64,000 nt of DNA from Selaginella moellendorffii (taxonomy: Eukaryota; Plantae; Lycopodiophyta), in NCBI RefSeq assembly GCF_000143415.4, contig NW_003314357.1:526644-590643 (forward strand), read 5' to 3'. Shown piece by piece: positions 35,230-46,998 of the stretch. Every line of letters starts with the position of its first letter. The stretch's first letter is position 1. The notes under the pieces were generated by a model. It ran no database searches. It saw only the letters and a program-made list of their open reading frames with translations, and was not told where the DNA came from. The translations under genes and the position numbers were made by a program.

Positions 35230-36940
35230 CCTAAGGAGGATTTTTAGCATGCTTTTATGTTAACACTACTAATTAATATTAGCGTATTTACCAAGTAGTA
35301 ATAAACATGTAAAGAAACTAATATTATATTTCTTAGTCTCATAATATCCATATACTATATAAATGCATGTTAGTTTTACTAAAGACCATAAATTAAAGTA
35401 GTTCCATAATAGAGGAATTATTTTCATTTACTGAAAAAGTTAATTAAATTTTTTAAAATTATTATTTATAAAAATATAATTACTAAATTAATAGTAATGT
35501 AAAAATTAGAAATATGTGATTAGTTCCATAATTGACTACATTATTAAATTATTTATATAATGAATTAAATATTTTTACTTTATATCTACTCTTAGTTCCC
35601 TTATTCATAAAACATAAGCCACTTAGTTGTTTGAGTATCAGGTTTAAAAACTTTAATCCTTGCACAAAATTTAGTATATCACTAAATTTGAAATATAATA
35701 TTTATAGACTTTTTATGAATATTTTTAAAAATAAAATAATTTTTTTAAAAAAAATGTATATTTTAAAATAATAAAGACTAAAAATAACATTTATTATGCT
35801 AGTAATATATATTGAAAATAATAAATTTCTGTAAATAATAAAAAAGGACAGTTTAATAGAGTATCTATCAGGGTTTAAATATAGAATAAAAAGACCCATC
35901 AATAAGAATGCACACCCCTTTTTAATTAGTTAAAGGGTTTTAATTTTCATTGTAAATTTATGTATTGTAAACAACTAAAGTGAATAACATTTAGATTTTT
36001 CATAGTTAGGGTTAAATATTTTTTAATTTAAATTATACATCTTCTAATTGGAGAGTTTATATATGGTATTAGAGGGGTAATTATAACTACATTGGTTATT
36101 ACCAACTATAAAAGTTAATATTTATTAAGAATTTAAAGGTCTTAGAAGCCATTAAATTAGACTATAAGTTACTTATTAAAATTATTAAAATTAAATTCAC
36201 GATTTATCTATACTTTATTTAAAACAATTTATAACAAAAATTTCAATTCTATAAAATTAGTTAGGTATTAAAAGTATCTATTCTTAGCTTTGTAAATTAC
36301 TATCAACATAAAATTTGACTTTTTTACTAACTTAGTAAGACTCTTAAGTAATATTAACTTATATGATTTAATTATACATATATATATTATGATATATATA
36401 TATATATTTATATATCTATAATTCAAGAAGATGTGGAATATATATTTTTTTTTTCTTTTTGTTCAGTCATTAGAATTTTCTAGTTATTTAGAAATATCAT
36501 CAAACTCTTTTCTACTCATTTTGTTTTCAATATATTAAAATTAATAATTTTATTTAGCACATAATCTGAAATTTAAATAATAAGCCAATTATATTATCAA
36601 CAAAGCTGGATTGAATCTGAGACATCCATATATTTAAGTCTTTATATATAAATCAGCGATATAATGAAATTGATTAGACCAAAACAATTTTAGTTTTTAA
36701 GTTTATTAAATAAAATATTTATAAAGCTTTATTTCAAACTTGGTATTGTTAATTAATATTATTGTGGTTTTAAATTAACTAATTAAATCACATTGTGTTA
36801 AATTTAATATAACACTAGTGTGAAGAACTTAATATTTATTAATAAGAAATTATTTTATTGAAAATAGAAGAAGATGTGACACATTTCTAATCTAGATTAA
36901 TGAAATACCAAATACCAACACATGTCAGTTTATTAATCTA
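35230..36940. other. Extremely AT-rich non-coding spacer with (TA)n-like stretches
   Basis: Visible base composition; TA repeats about 36375-36420. Confidence 0.6.
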
Positions 36941-37966
36941 CTACAAGGCTTTCCATAGAACTTGATTCTTCCAATAAATAATAATATTTCCATGGTTACT
37001 AACAGTTAATGTTGTTAATATTTTGCATGAAGGTTGTGGTATACAATACTTATTACTAGCCCAATAAGTCCTACTTTGATCATAGTTATTATCTTCCTTG
37101 GTAACAAAATTTCCATCCTTTTGTAGATGTGCATAACAACTTGGGCTGGGTTTATGCTTATGTTTGCTAATCCAAAGTGGGATACTATATCCAATTCTAT
37201 ACAACCTTAATTTGCAATCACTCCCCAATGTTAGCCTGAATTTTTTATTTGGCGAGGTTAAACTATTGTCAATTTGAATATAAGAGCCAACTATATCAGC
37301 TTTTTGACCAATAAGTATAGTTGAAAATGCCCAACAATTTTCATGTTGACTTGTTATATGCCAAGGGATTAAAGTCTGTTCTTGTACTTTAGATTTGTAG
37401 GATTTAGTAAAATTTACATGCATTAGCATATTCTGGGGAAGCTTGGGGAGTGGTATTGTTATCTCATAATCCATCATAAGATTGAGAAATACAACACGAA
37501 TTTCTCCACAGAAAGATATCCCAAATATATCTGATGCAGCTCTTGCTCGAACAAATCTTAGAAGACTTTCAAAAATGGTGTGCAGCTCATCACCTTGAAA
37601 GCCTATTGGACTTGTTGGATCAGTAGTGCAAGCATATGGTATAAGACTTTCTTGACCAATGACTCCAGGATCTAAAACGTATAAATTTACAGTGATCCTA
37701 AACCCTGATCTGCGGAAATCAATATTTATAGTTCGTAATGTAGATGAATATGTTTCACCATCAAGAAATTGTGAGGAAATATATTCTTGGATGTGCCCCA
37801 AAATGCGTGTAAAGAGATTTATATTGATAGCATTGGGATTTTTAGCATAGATTACAGTAGGCTCATTAGCTGGAACAGGAATAGGGGGAATAGGAGGTGT
37901 TGCAAATATAAATAGTATATTTAATAAACAAAAAGAGAAAAAAGTAGGAAACAATATTAATCCCAT
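36941..37966 (-). CDS. Secreted protein: signal peptide + unknown domain + bulb-type lectin domain, paralog B
   Basis: Intronless 341-aa ORF colinear with paralog A (CTTDPTSP, FCGEIRVVFLNL, NCW, SPNKKFRLT, CYAHLQKDGNF, YCxPQPxCK, LWKAL). Confidence 0.85.
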   Translation of the reverse strand: MGLILFPTFFSFCLLNILFIFATPPIPPIPVPANEPTVIYAKNPNAININLFTRILGHIQEYISSQFLDGETYSSTLRTINIDFRRSGFRITVNLYVLDPGVIGQESLIPYACTTDPTSPIGFQGDELHTIFESLLRFVRARAASDIFGISFCGEIRVVFLNLMMDYEITIPLPKLPQNMLMHVNFTKSYKSKVQEQTLIPWHITSQHENCWAFSTILIGQKADIVGSYIQIDNSLTSPNKKFRLTLGSDCKLRLYRIGYSIPLWISKHKHKPSPSCYAHLQKDGNFVTKEDNNYDQSRTYWASNKYCIPQPSCKILTTLTVSNHGNIIIYWKNQVLWKAL

Positions 37967-38259
37967 CTTGTAGAATGTTCATGTTTCTTTTGGACTACCA
38001 TTTATTTAGGCAAAGTAAATTATTTTTAATCCATAGAAAAAGATTACCTAAATACGACAATATGCAATATTATTTTCTGGGCCGTCGATGGCTGTGTTTC
38101 ACATAGTCGTGATATGTAGTTGTTCTTTCGTAAATTGGCCGCTAGTGACAGACCAGTCTCCACCTGTAGGTTGCAAATCCAAAGCTTGTCTGGAGTGCCT
38201 TGTGAGCCAAATTGCAACAAAGGAGCGAGAAAAAAGAATTCTATGCATCATCGTCTCTC

Positions 38260-38643
38260 TTAAGAAATCACCTTCTTTGAGGTACTGATATACAAAACTG
38301 GCATGAAGAGAAGAATGATCAAATAGAGAAGAGACATCGAAAGAGAAAGAGCACTACTCCATACCATTGTTCCCACGGATGAAAGCGTCGCCATACTTGT
38401 TCTTGAGCTGCCCATTGACGTACTCCTCGGTCTGCTCCATGGCGATGTTCATGTACCCATCCAGGCACGCCAGAATCCCTGCGCGGGCACTGTCTACTTA
38501 GATTTCTCTAGGCTGCCAATGGATCCATTACCTCGATAATCGACGCCGGAATTGAGCTTAACGACCACCGGGCGGCCCTTGATCGAGCGCAGGAAATCCG
38601 TGGGCGTCTTGGCGGAGCCAGCGCCAATGCCACTCCCGCTCAT
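38260..38643 (-). CDS. LSM6: Sm-like protein LSM6
   Basis: KTPTDFLRSIKGRPVVVKLNSGVDYR|GILACLDGYMNIAMEQTEEY...YGDAFIRGNN|VLYIST; 3 exons. Confidence 0.95.
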
Positions 38644-38962
38644 TCTTACCCTAGAAAAGCCCTAAACCTCTTTATCCTAAGGGCTCTTAAAGAAAACTTT
38701 AGGGCAAGAAGAGGGGAATGGAATGGAATGGCGCGCGTCCTCCATCCGAGCGCTACGCAGCAAGAATCCATGGCGCTGTTGGAAGATCCAGCGAGGTATG
38801 GAGTAGCTAGCGCTACCGAGAATCTCTCCTTGCCACGTCAGCCAAGAAGAAACGCAAGACTCTTGACCTTTCATAGCCCCCCGGCGGCAGGGGAGATGAA
38901 AGGTTTGGATGATCTCACCATGAAAGGTGAGAATGTCCGGCTAGGTGTTGCTCTTCGCGGCG

Positions 38963-41900
38963 ATGGCAGGACGTCACCATGCCGAGGAAATAGATACGCT
39001 CATCAGTGAGGTGACCATCGACGACGACGATGAAGAAGGTGATTTCCATCGCCACCACCAGCGCCACCGCCATCGCCACCACCAGGTCCAGGACATCCAA
39101 GTCTCCCAGGGAGATCGAGATGGAGCTCCTCCTCCTCCTCCAGCTCAAGTCACCAAGTCGCAAGCTACGCTTCCTCCCTTGGCCTCGATCGTGGCTAGCT
39201 CGGCTTCAGAGATGTCCACGCAAATGTCAGCGTCCGCGAGGGTGGATTACAGGTCCCGGAGGCCATCGCTCATCACCGTGACAGTCCCGGTTCCACTCAC
39301 GCCGGAGCTCTCCACCACGGACAACTGCAAGACCTCTCGTGTGGACAGCTATGGAAACGAGAGCGACAGTGACAACGATCCCACGACGCCGCCGCTCATG
39401 CGCAGGATCGCTCCAAAATCCAACTTTGGGAGGTCGAGAACACGGCTGCTGGATCCTCCGCCCATGACTCCCGCGATCCGGAACCAGATCACTTCCACTC
39501 TCAAGAGCCGGAAGTTTGAAGGTGACGACGTGAGGTTCTCGCCGCCAAAGACACCCGGCTCCGCAAAGTCGATATCTTTCGAGGATGATCAGGATCCCCT
39601 GGACGACGACTCCATACCCGGCGATAAGAATCTCAACAAGGGCGAGAGCGAGTGGCTCTACTGGATCCAGTGGGTCTCGCTCTTGATCCTCACTGCCTTG
39701 CTCGTATGCTCGCTCAAGATCGAGGAGATTGAAGGGAAGAGTTGGCTGCAACTTAGTCTCTGGAGGTGGCAAGCGCTTGCGCTCGTTGTTATCTCGGGCC
39801 GACTTATTGCAAGCTGGATCGTCAAGGTAGGCTCTCTTTCGATTGATTTTTCTGGCTTGGATCTGACGGATTTTGTCTCTCTGGAAGCTTTTTGTAGCAC
39901 TGATAGAGAGGCGTTTTCTCTTCAAGAAACGAGTGCTCTACTTCGTATACGGCTTGCGGAAGGCTGTGAAGAATTGCATCTGGATTGGCCTGACTCTCGG
40001 GGTCTGGGAAGTGATTTTCAACGGACGAGAGGATACGAAAACCGTGAGGATCGTTACGAAGGTAGGATTTCCAAGTTTTTCTTTCTGTAATCACCAGGAC
40101 ATAGCCTGTTTGGTGTGATCATGCAGGTGCTGTGGTGTTTGCTCACTGGCTCTATTTCATGGATGTTGAAGGTGCTGATCTTGAAGGTTGCAGCAAATAG
40201 TTTTCACAGATCGGCGTATTTTGAGAGAATACAGGACTGCATTTTCAGCCAGTATCTCCTGGAAACACTTTCAGCTCCCCCAGCGCATGGTTGTTTGCTT
40301 GACTCTTCAAATCCCGCAAGGCCTCCAGCAGTGGTAAGTTTTCCCTTTTTTCTCCGATGTTGCTTGTCAAAGTTTTTCATTTGTCTGTTGGTTTTTTCTT
40401 GATGAGTTTGAGTTTTCATTTTATAGCTGATTTTTCTTGCCAGCCGCATGAGCAGGATTCTGCGAGCCCTTCTCAGTGGGCTTTCGCTAAAGGAGATGTC
40501 GAAAACCCCGTACAAACACCCTCCAAGTCGGCGAAAAGGAGGCTCGGTCTCTCATTTTTTTCAGCCACGCCTAAAAAGAAGCCAGAAACGCCTGTTCCTC
40601 TGATCGCGAAGAGTCCCGTTCCGATAGAGCAGAACAGGTTGCAGCAGTTGACATCACAAGTAAGCTAAAACGATTTTCATGTTTTCTTGTTTGGCTAAAC
40701 TTTGTTTCTCACAGACGGTGTCCGCTTGGACACTCCGAAGGCTAATGAAGACGATCCGAAGCAAAAACATGACGACTTACTCGTCCATGCTCTCCCAAAA
40801 CGGGGAAACCGAAATCGACAGCGAGATTGAGGCAAGGTCGGCCGCCAAAAAGGTATCGTACGATTGAAACTCAATTTTTCTGAAACGTTTTCGTGGCAGA
40901 TTTTTTTTAACATGGCGAGGCCTGGGCAAAAGTACCTGACACTCAGGGACTTCTTGTATTTTCTGCCAGAGGAACAGGCAGCAAGGGCCTTTTCTCTTTT
41001 CGAGATCACAGACCAGGGGCATATTTCCAAAAAGGCGCTCGTGAAATGGGTCGTCAGTGTCTACAAGGAGCGTAGGGCTCTTGCGCTCACTTTGAGTGAC
41101 AACAAAACCGTTGTTGCAAAGCTCCATCGAGTTTTTGATTTCGTAAGTCGATCGATTCTTCTTTCTTCTTCTCCATTTGTTCTAACGTTTTCTTCTTTAT
41201 CTTTGCAGGTGTTGGTGGTGGTGCTTTTTATAATTTGGTTACTTATTCTCGGAGTAGACACCTCCAAGCTGCTGGTGTTCTTCTCCTCCATTTTCATACC
41301 TTCTGTTTTTGTTTTCGGCAACATGGCGAAGGGGACGTTCGAAGCGTTGATATTTCTGTTTATTGTGCATCCTTACGACGTTGGAGATCGAGTATGTGTC
41401 GATGGCCAGACTTTGTTGGTCGAGGTATTCGTTTTCCAACTTCTTTTCTTAACATTTTACGAAAAGAAAAAGTTTTTGCAGGAAATGAATGTGCTCAACA
41501 CAATTTTTCTCACGTACGTATTCTGTCGCTTTATCCTTGAAGTGTGATTGAATTTTGCTTCTGCTTTTCGCCGCAGAGGCTCGAACGAGAAGATTTACTA
41601 TCCGACCTCGGTTCTCGCATCCAAGCCTCTGTCAAACTTCCATCGCAGCCCTGACCAGTGGGACGCGATCGAGTTCCAAGTTAGCGCCAACACTCCGGTT
41701 GAGAAGCTCGGTTTCCTGAAGGACAGGATGCAACGCTACATCGAAAGCCTTCCTCAGTTTTGGTATCCTGACTTTCGGATCGTCTGCAAGGACATCGAGA
41801 ACAGCAACAGGATGAGGATGGCACTTTGGATGCAGCATCACCTCAACTTCCAGGTCCTCTATCCCGGTTTTACTTTTGTCCCCTCTCTTTCTCTAAGCAA

Positions 41901-42073
41901 ACTCTTTTCTATCACTCCAGGAAGGTGGCGAGCGATTCCAAAGGCGCAGCAATATGCTTCTATACATGCGGCAACAAATGGAGGATCTTGGCATATCGTA
42001 TCAGCTTCCACGGCAAGAAATAGTGGTGACTGGCTTCCCTTTGCGTGACTTGCCAACACCGGTGTTGGCCTAG
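38963..42073 (+). CDS. MscS-like mechanosensitive channel (MSL4-10 type), multi-exon
   Basis: VLYFVYGLRKAV, FHRSAYFERIQ, SEIEARSAAKKIF, ERRALALTLSDNKTVV, FEALIFLFIVHPYDVGDR, EEMN, NFHRSPD. Confidence 0.94.
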
Positions 42074-42116
42074 AAAAGATTTTGCCTCCGCGGTTTTAAA
42101 GGGTATGTGTTGGATT

Positions 42117-44249
42117 TTAGAAGTCCTTCTGCCGGTTGCTTGGTTTGAGCTGCTCCTTAAGTCTCACGAACTCGGACAGGCCCATCTCGATGGCTTTGAT
42201 GCTCAGCTCCCTGCCCTCGGCGTTGCTCATCGTTTTGTCATCTCCATACGTCATGCGACGCTCGTCCAGCAGCAGCTTCCGGCGGTAGAACACCTTGTAG
42301 CAGCGGCGGAGCGTGATGATCACGATGAGAGGGAACGAGATAGCGCAGACGACGACGAAGATCCACAGTATCTGGGACTTGTAGATGGACTCGCCCTCGA
42401 CGATGAAGACGCTGCGGAGCTGGGTGCCGAAGGTGTTCACCTTGACATCGTTGGTGAAGAGCGACCAGGTGTGGTACGACTCCGAGCGCTTGGACTCGCT
42501 CAGGATCATGGCGAAGATGGGGGCGTACAGGATCATCCCAAACGCGACGTTCATGGCGGCCAGCCCCGAGAACTTGAGGACCTTGAGGTTCTCGTGCTTC
42601 TTCGGGTAGACGAAGCGGGCCAGGTACTCGAGCTCCAGGTTGGTGCATGGCACGGTGGCGGTCACCACCGAGACCGCAGCGGTGACGAGCGCCGCCCAGG
42701 CCGTGAAGAGATCCGTGGAAGGCCCCCGGTCCATGTTGAAGGCGGTGTTGTGCTCGTCCGCGTAGGCCGTGACCGTGTCATTGAACATCACGTTGAGGAG
42801 ATCGGTGTCGAGAGCAGTGATATCACACCTGGGAACGCTGGTGTTCAAGGCGATGGTGATGTTGCAGCGCCGGAGATACGACAGACTCTTCTCCACCACG
42901 TCCGAGCCGAGGCCGTAGAAGCAGAAGCTCCCGTTCGGACGTCCCAGCTCGAGCTCCTCCGTCCGGAAACCGCTCGTGTCCTCCCAGATGCTGTTCGAGA
43001 GATCGAAGCCGTTGTGACGGACGCTGTAGATGGCGGCCTTCGTCCGGCCGCTGGTGTTGCATGGAGCTCCAGGCGCGGTGTCGTTCACGAGCTCGAACGA
43101 GTCCGTTAAGTTTTTGGTGGAGGTCCGGCCATGGAGGTAGCTGTAGGCGAGCTGGAAGTTGGAGAGGGCGATGGCAACCTTGTTCCCGCGGCAGGGGGTG
43201 TCGGCGTAGCTCCCCAGCGTGAAGTTGGTGCAATAGTAGCGCCTCTCGGTGGCGGAGAAGGCGCAGCCGCGGAACTCGTCGAGGTTCTTGGTGAGAACCG
43301 GCGCGGTGGAGCACTCGTGGAGTGGACGCCGGGTATAAGGCCAGGTGATCTCGTGGGGCTGGTTCTGGAGCACCACCAGCATCCGCGTCTGGTTGAGCCC
43401 CTCCTTGAGGCTCTGGACGAGCTCGTAGCAGATCCCCGGAGGAACTTTGTAGGCCGCGTCCAGGGGTGATCGTCCGATGGCGATGGCTTCGTTGCACTGC
43501 TCCAGGCCTTCGCGCACCACCCGGAGGTGCAGTTTTGACCGGTTCGTGGCGACGAGCCGGGTCCTGTTGATGATGTCCGAGGTGCTGCTGCTGAGTAAGA
43601 CTGGAGTCACAGAGGAGGAGACAGCGAAGAACAATTGCTGCCACAAGGTACCGTAGTTGAGCTTGGTGGGCGACTGACCATCGCCACCACCACCACCTTG
43701 CAGGAGGATCACCGGCGCGACGATGTCGCAGTCCGCGGTGATGCAGTTGTACATGAGCACCCAAGTTGTCATCCGGATCCTCCCGGTCCCGGGGCGGCCA
43801 GTCTCGGTGGTGTACTCGGCCACCGCGGCTTCTCGGGTCGCGGCCAGGCCGCCTCGTCGCAGGAGCTCGAGCTCTTGGTCGGGGCCCCAGGAGGAGTTTG
43901 GCAGGATCCCGGCGGCGGGGGGGCCGAGCAGCAGGAATCGCCACAGCGCCTCCGGGTGCCAGTCCACGTTTGAGAGCTGCCACCATGTAGAGGACTGCTG
44001 GAGGTTGCGGCTGAGCTGCGTGATGGCCGCGAGGCTCTTGGTCACCTCGGACAGCTTACCTCGGATCGTCCACAAGTCCAGGGAGTGCGCCGCCAGGATT
44101 CCTCCATCGCCGCCGCCGCCGCCGGCGGGAGATCTTTGGCTTCCTTCCAGGAGCAGTAGCAGCAGGAGCAATGGCAGAGAAATCCGGGCATTTGGGAGCA
44201 TTGGCGAGGAAGCAATTTGCGAGCGAAACAAGGAAAGAATGCTTGACAC
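42117..44249 (-). CDS. Orphan intronless membrane glycoprotein (signal peptide, Cys-rich ectodomain, about 3 C-terminal TM helices)
   Basis: 710-aa open frame with strong G/C third-position bias; LPLLLLLLLL signal; 12 NxS/T sequons; hydrophobic C-terminal segments. Start may be the second Met near 44201. Confidence 0.75.
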   Translation of the reverse strand: MSSILSLFRSQIASSPMLPNARISLPLLLLLLLLEGSQRSPAGGGGGDGGILAAHSLDLWTIRGKLSEVTKSLAAITQLSRNLQQSSTWWQLSNVDWHPEALWRFLLLGPPAAGILPNSSWGPDQELELLRRGGLAATREAAVAEYTTETGRPGTGRIRMTTWVLMYNCITADCDIVAPVILLQGGGGGDGQSPTKLNYGTLWQQLFFAVSSSVTPVLLSSSTSDIINRTRLVATNRSKLHLRVVREGLEQCNEAIAIGRSPLDAAYKVPPGICYELVQSLKEGLNQTRMLVVLQNQPHEITWPYTRRPLHECSTAPVLTKNLDEFRGCAFSATERRYYCTNFTLGSYADTPCRGNKVAIALSNFQLAYSYLHGRTSTKNLTDSFELVNDTAPGAPCNTSGRTKAAIYSVRHNGFDLSNSIWEDTSGFRTEELELGRPNGSFCFYGLGSDVVEKSLSYLRRCNITIALNTSVPRCDITALDTDLLNVMFNDTVTAYADEHNTAFNMDRGPSTDLFTAWAALVTAAVSVVTATVPCTNLELEYLARFVYPKKHENLKVLKFSGLAAMNVAFGMILYAPIFAMILSESKRSESYHTWSLFTNDVKVNTFGTQLRSVFIVEGESIYKSQILWIFVVVCAISFPLIVIITLRRCYKVFYRRKLLLDERRMTYGDDKTMSNAEGRELSIKAIEMGLSEFVRLKEQLKPSNRQKDF

Positions 44250-44434
44250 AGTGCGATCCTACATGGTTCTCGAAAGAACACGACTGTCTCGCTTTACAAT
44301 AAAGAAAAGACTCGAATCACTGCCATTACGACAGGGAATTTTAAAAAAGAGAGAAACATTCTATTTTTCTGACGTCAGCCCTAGATTGGCTTCTCACCAT
44401 GGATCTGACGTGGCAGGCGCAGGGTTTAGGGTTT

Positions 44435-45355
44435 ATGCGGGGAATGAACCGAGCAGCGGCTTTTCTCCGGGCCAGGTGCGAGAGGGCGCGGGAATCTGCG
44501 TCTCTGTTCGTCAAGGCTAGGTTAGATCCATTCCAGTGGAGTCTCGGTTGAGGGATTGATCGGTTGATCGATTGGCAGGAAGAAGAATGCGAGGAAAGCG
44601 CAGCGCATCGGGAGGAAGATCATGCACTATTTGCGCACCGATTTCAAGGAGATTGCTTGGCCCTCCTCGCTTCCCAATCCTCCCGGCCGGCCTCGGCGCC
44701 AGAGATTCTTCGCCAAAGAGGTAGTAGGCCTACATTCTTTGAGCTCTTTTCAAAATAATTTCTCTTCTAGACTTTGAGAGAGGCATGGAAGCTCTACAAG
44801 AAGTCGTGGACGTCCGATTTCGAGATCTATGGCGTGGTGGTGAAATCTTCCAAGAAGAAAGAAGCCGCTGGAGGTGGTGCTGCCGCTGGCCCTTCTCGTG
44901 GAACCACACCACAGGATGAAAAGTTTCCATCGATTTACGAGGAACTCGGTACGCAAACAAAAGAAAAATGGATCGATCTTAGCAAAGTTTGATCTCACAC
45001 TTCTCTTCTTTTCTTCTTCTTTTTTCCAGAAGCAGCAGTCAAGCTTGGAGGAGAGCACGTCAAGCCGGCGCTCCAGCGGATCTACATGACCCGAGCAACC
45101 GTGTACCGCGACGCCGTGCGGAGTTTCATCGATGGATACAAGCAAGGCATCCGTGAGTCTGCCGAGAAGAGCACCGCCGACGACAAAGCCACGGAACAAG
45201 TCGTCAACGAAGCCAAGCGAGCTGCCGAAGAAGCTGCAAAGTCTCAGAGGCAGTACGCCGCTCCATCGTCTTCGCCTTCTTCGTCATCTTCTTCACGTCC
45301 GCCAGAGGAAGGCGAGAAAGGCGAGAAGAAAAGCTCGGCAGCCGACGCCGGGTGA
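44435..45355 (+). CDS. Conserved plant protein of unknown function, resembling EMB2735
   Basis: Four exons giving FKEIAWPSSLPNPP, TLREAWKLYKKSW, KPALQRIYMTRATVYRDAVRSFIDGYKQG. Family assignment is from memory. Telo-box immediately upstream. Confidence 0.65.
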
Positions 45356-45495
45356 TGACTCGTCTTCCGTAACGCATAACCGAACTGGGAGCGTAGAGTC
45401 GCGACTCTTCGCGTTCAACTGACCCATTGCGCTGCGCGAGACGAAGGATTTCTAAAACTCCAGGCTCCAGTTTACGCTGGGAATGGGATCCAAGC

Positions 45496-46806
45496 ATGGA
45501 AAGTGTTGAGCAGCAGCAGCGAGTTGATCATCCTGGCCGGGAAGATCCATCACTGGTAGCACCAACAGCAGCAGCAGCTAGTGCTAGTTCCAGCAGTTCT
45601 TCCACTTCTTCTTCGGCAACTCCGGCTCATCATCCACAGCTCAAGTCAGCCCTCAAGGCCTATCGACCATCTCCACTCCGGCGGCCATCCAATCCTCCGC
45701 CACCAATGATCATCGAAGGCCCTACTCCGAAGAACGCCGACGATGCCGATCACACTTGCGACGACTTCCAGCTGCTGTGGGAGAAGGATCCAAATCTCCG
45801 GACTCCAACTTTGACGCCAGCCCCGGACGGCGCTTCTTCAGCTCCTCCTCCAGTGGCAAAGTCCGTGTCTTTCAAGGACAAGAAGTCGGCCCAGTGCATG
45901 ATCTACGTCGAGCCGGAGGAGCTCCACGATGAAAACTCGCGAGACGACAGCCACACCTTTGATAACTTCGATCGGCTGTGGGAGAAGGACCCGGACCTCG
46001 CTGGCGGAGACGTTTCTTTCCATGCAGTGCCGAGCAAAATCGTCCACCAGCTGCAAGAGCCGGGCACTCCAGTCAGCGAGCTTCTCAAAATCAATCCCTG
46101 CGACATGATCCAGAAGCACGTTGTCACTGTTGTGAACTCCACAGCCTCGTCTTCAGCACCGTCGGGTTCTTCCTCATCGTCGTCCGAGAGCCGGCTTTGC
46201 AAGTCCAACGTGGTGTATGATCCCCTGGCCCAGAGAGACCGGAGGCTGTCGTTCGAGTTCTCGTATGACATCCGGAGCCAGAACGAGGAGGATGGCACTG
46301 CTGACAAGACGATCCGGAACGCTGGAGTGGTGGTACGCTGCGACGTCCAGGTCCAAGTAGTCCTCAAGGTGGAGCCTATGCAAGACCCGGAGAGGAAGTT
46401 CCTGTTTCTCTTCCATCACAACGTCAGGGTCTTCTCCGACTTCAAGCTGGAGAGTGAGGCCAGCGTCGTCCAAGACTCGACCATGGAGGTGGCGGATTCA
46501 CTGCCGGACGAGTTCTCCTCTCCTGCCGAGCCCGGAGTTGAGATCACTCACTACAGAGTGACGCATCATCTGGTGGTGCTGCATAGATGGGCTCTGGCGA
46601 CCACTCCGAAAGCCGTGTTGCAGCGAAGAATGTCGGCATCGACGTCCCAGTCGCTGGCTCACCAGGAGTACTTCCAGCTCCAGGAGCAGCAGCTGGTGAT
46701 GGACGATGAGAGGCGGCACGAGAGCGACGAAGGTGAAGGCAGTGGTGCGATGAGACGGACCCGGTCATCTAGGCGTCGGTCTCTGCAAAGATCGAACTCA
46801 AAGTAA
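45496..46806 (+). CDS. Hypothetical intronless protein (436 aa): disordered N-terminus, duplicated LWEKDP motif, beta-rich C-terminal region
   Basis: Long open frame with coding-like codon bias; ATG in GCATGG context; no family recognised. Confidence 0.65.
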   Translation: MESVEQQQRVDHPGREDPSLVAPTAAAASASSSSSSTSSSATPAHHPQLKSALKAYRPSPLRRPSNPPPPMIIEGPTPKNADDADHTCDDFQLLWEKDPNLRTPTLTPAPDGASSAPPPVAKSVSFKDKKSAQCMIYVEPEELHDENSRDDSHTFDNFDRLWEKDPDLAGGDVSFHAVPSKIVHQLQEPGTPVSELLKINPCDMIQKHVVTVVNSTASSSAPSGSSSSSSESRLCKSNVVYDPLAQRDRRLSFEFSYDIRSQNEEDGTADKTIRNAGVVVRCDVQVQVVLKVEPMQDPERKFLFLFHHNVRVFSDFKLESEASVVQDSTMEVADSLPDEFSSPAEPGVEITHYRVTHHLVVLHRWALATTPKAVLQRRMSASTSQSLAHQEYFQLQEQQLVMDDERRHESDEGEGSGAMRRTRSSRRRSLQRSNSK

Positions 46807-46998
46807 CGAATCGGACTGAAAGAAAGGAGTGAAGGAATCTTGTTTTTTTGAAGCTACTCCATACCTTGGATGATCTTTCCATGGAAAAGTATCGAAGATC
46901 AATGCAAACTACTCCCACTTTCTTCGACCCTTTGGAGTGAATCCCTTGAACAAGCTGAGAAAACGAGAGGGAAAACCAAGATTTGCTTACTATGGAAA

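Noticed and set aside
34600-35230. Possible third lectin paralog or transposon remnant between the two lectin genes
   Set aside because: Frames are stop-ridden and show no recognisable similarity.
42045-43986. Long alternative-frame ORFs (354 aa on +, 387 aa on -) overlapping the orphan membrane gene
   Set aside because: Expected shadow ORFs of a high-GC3 coding sequence; no protein-like features.
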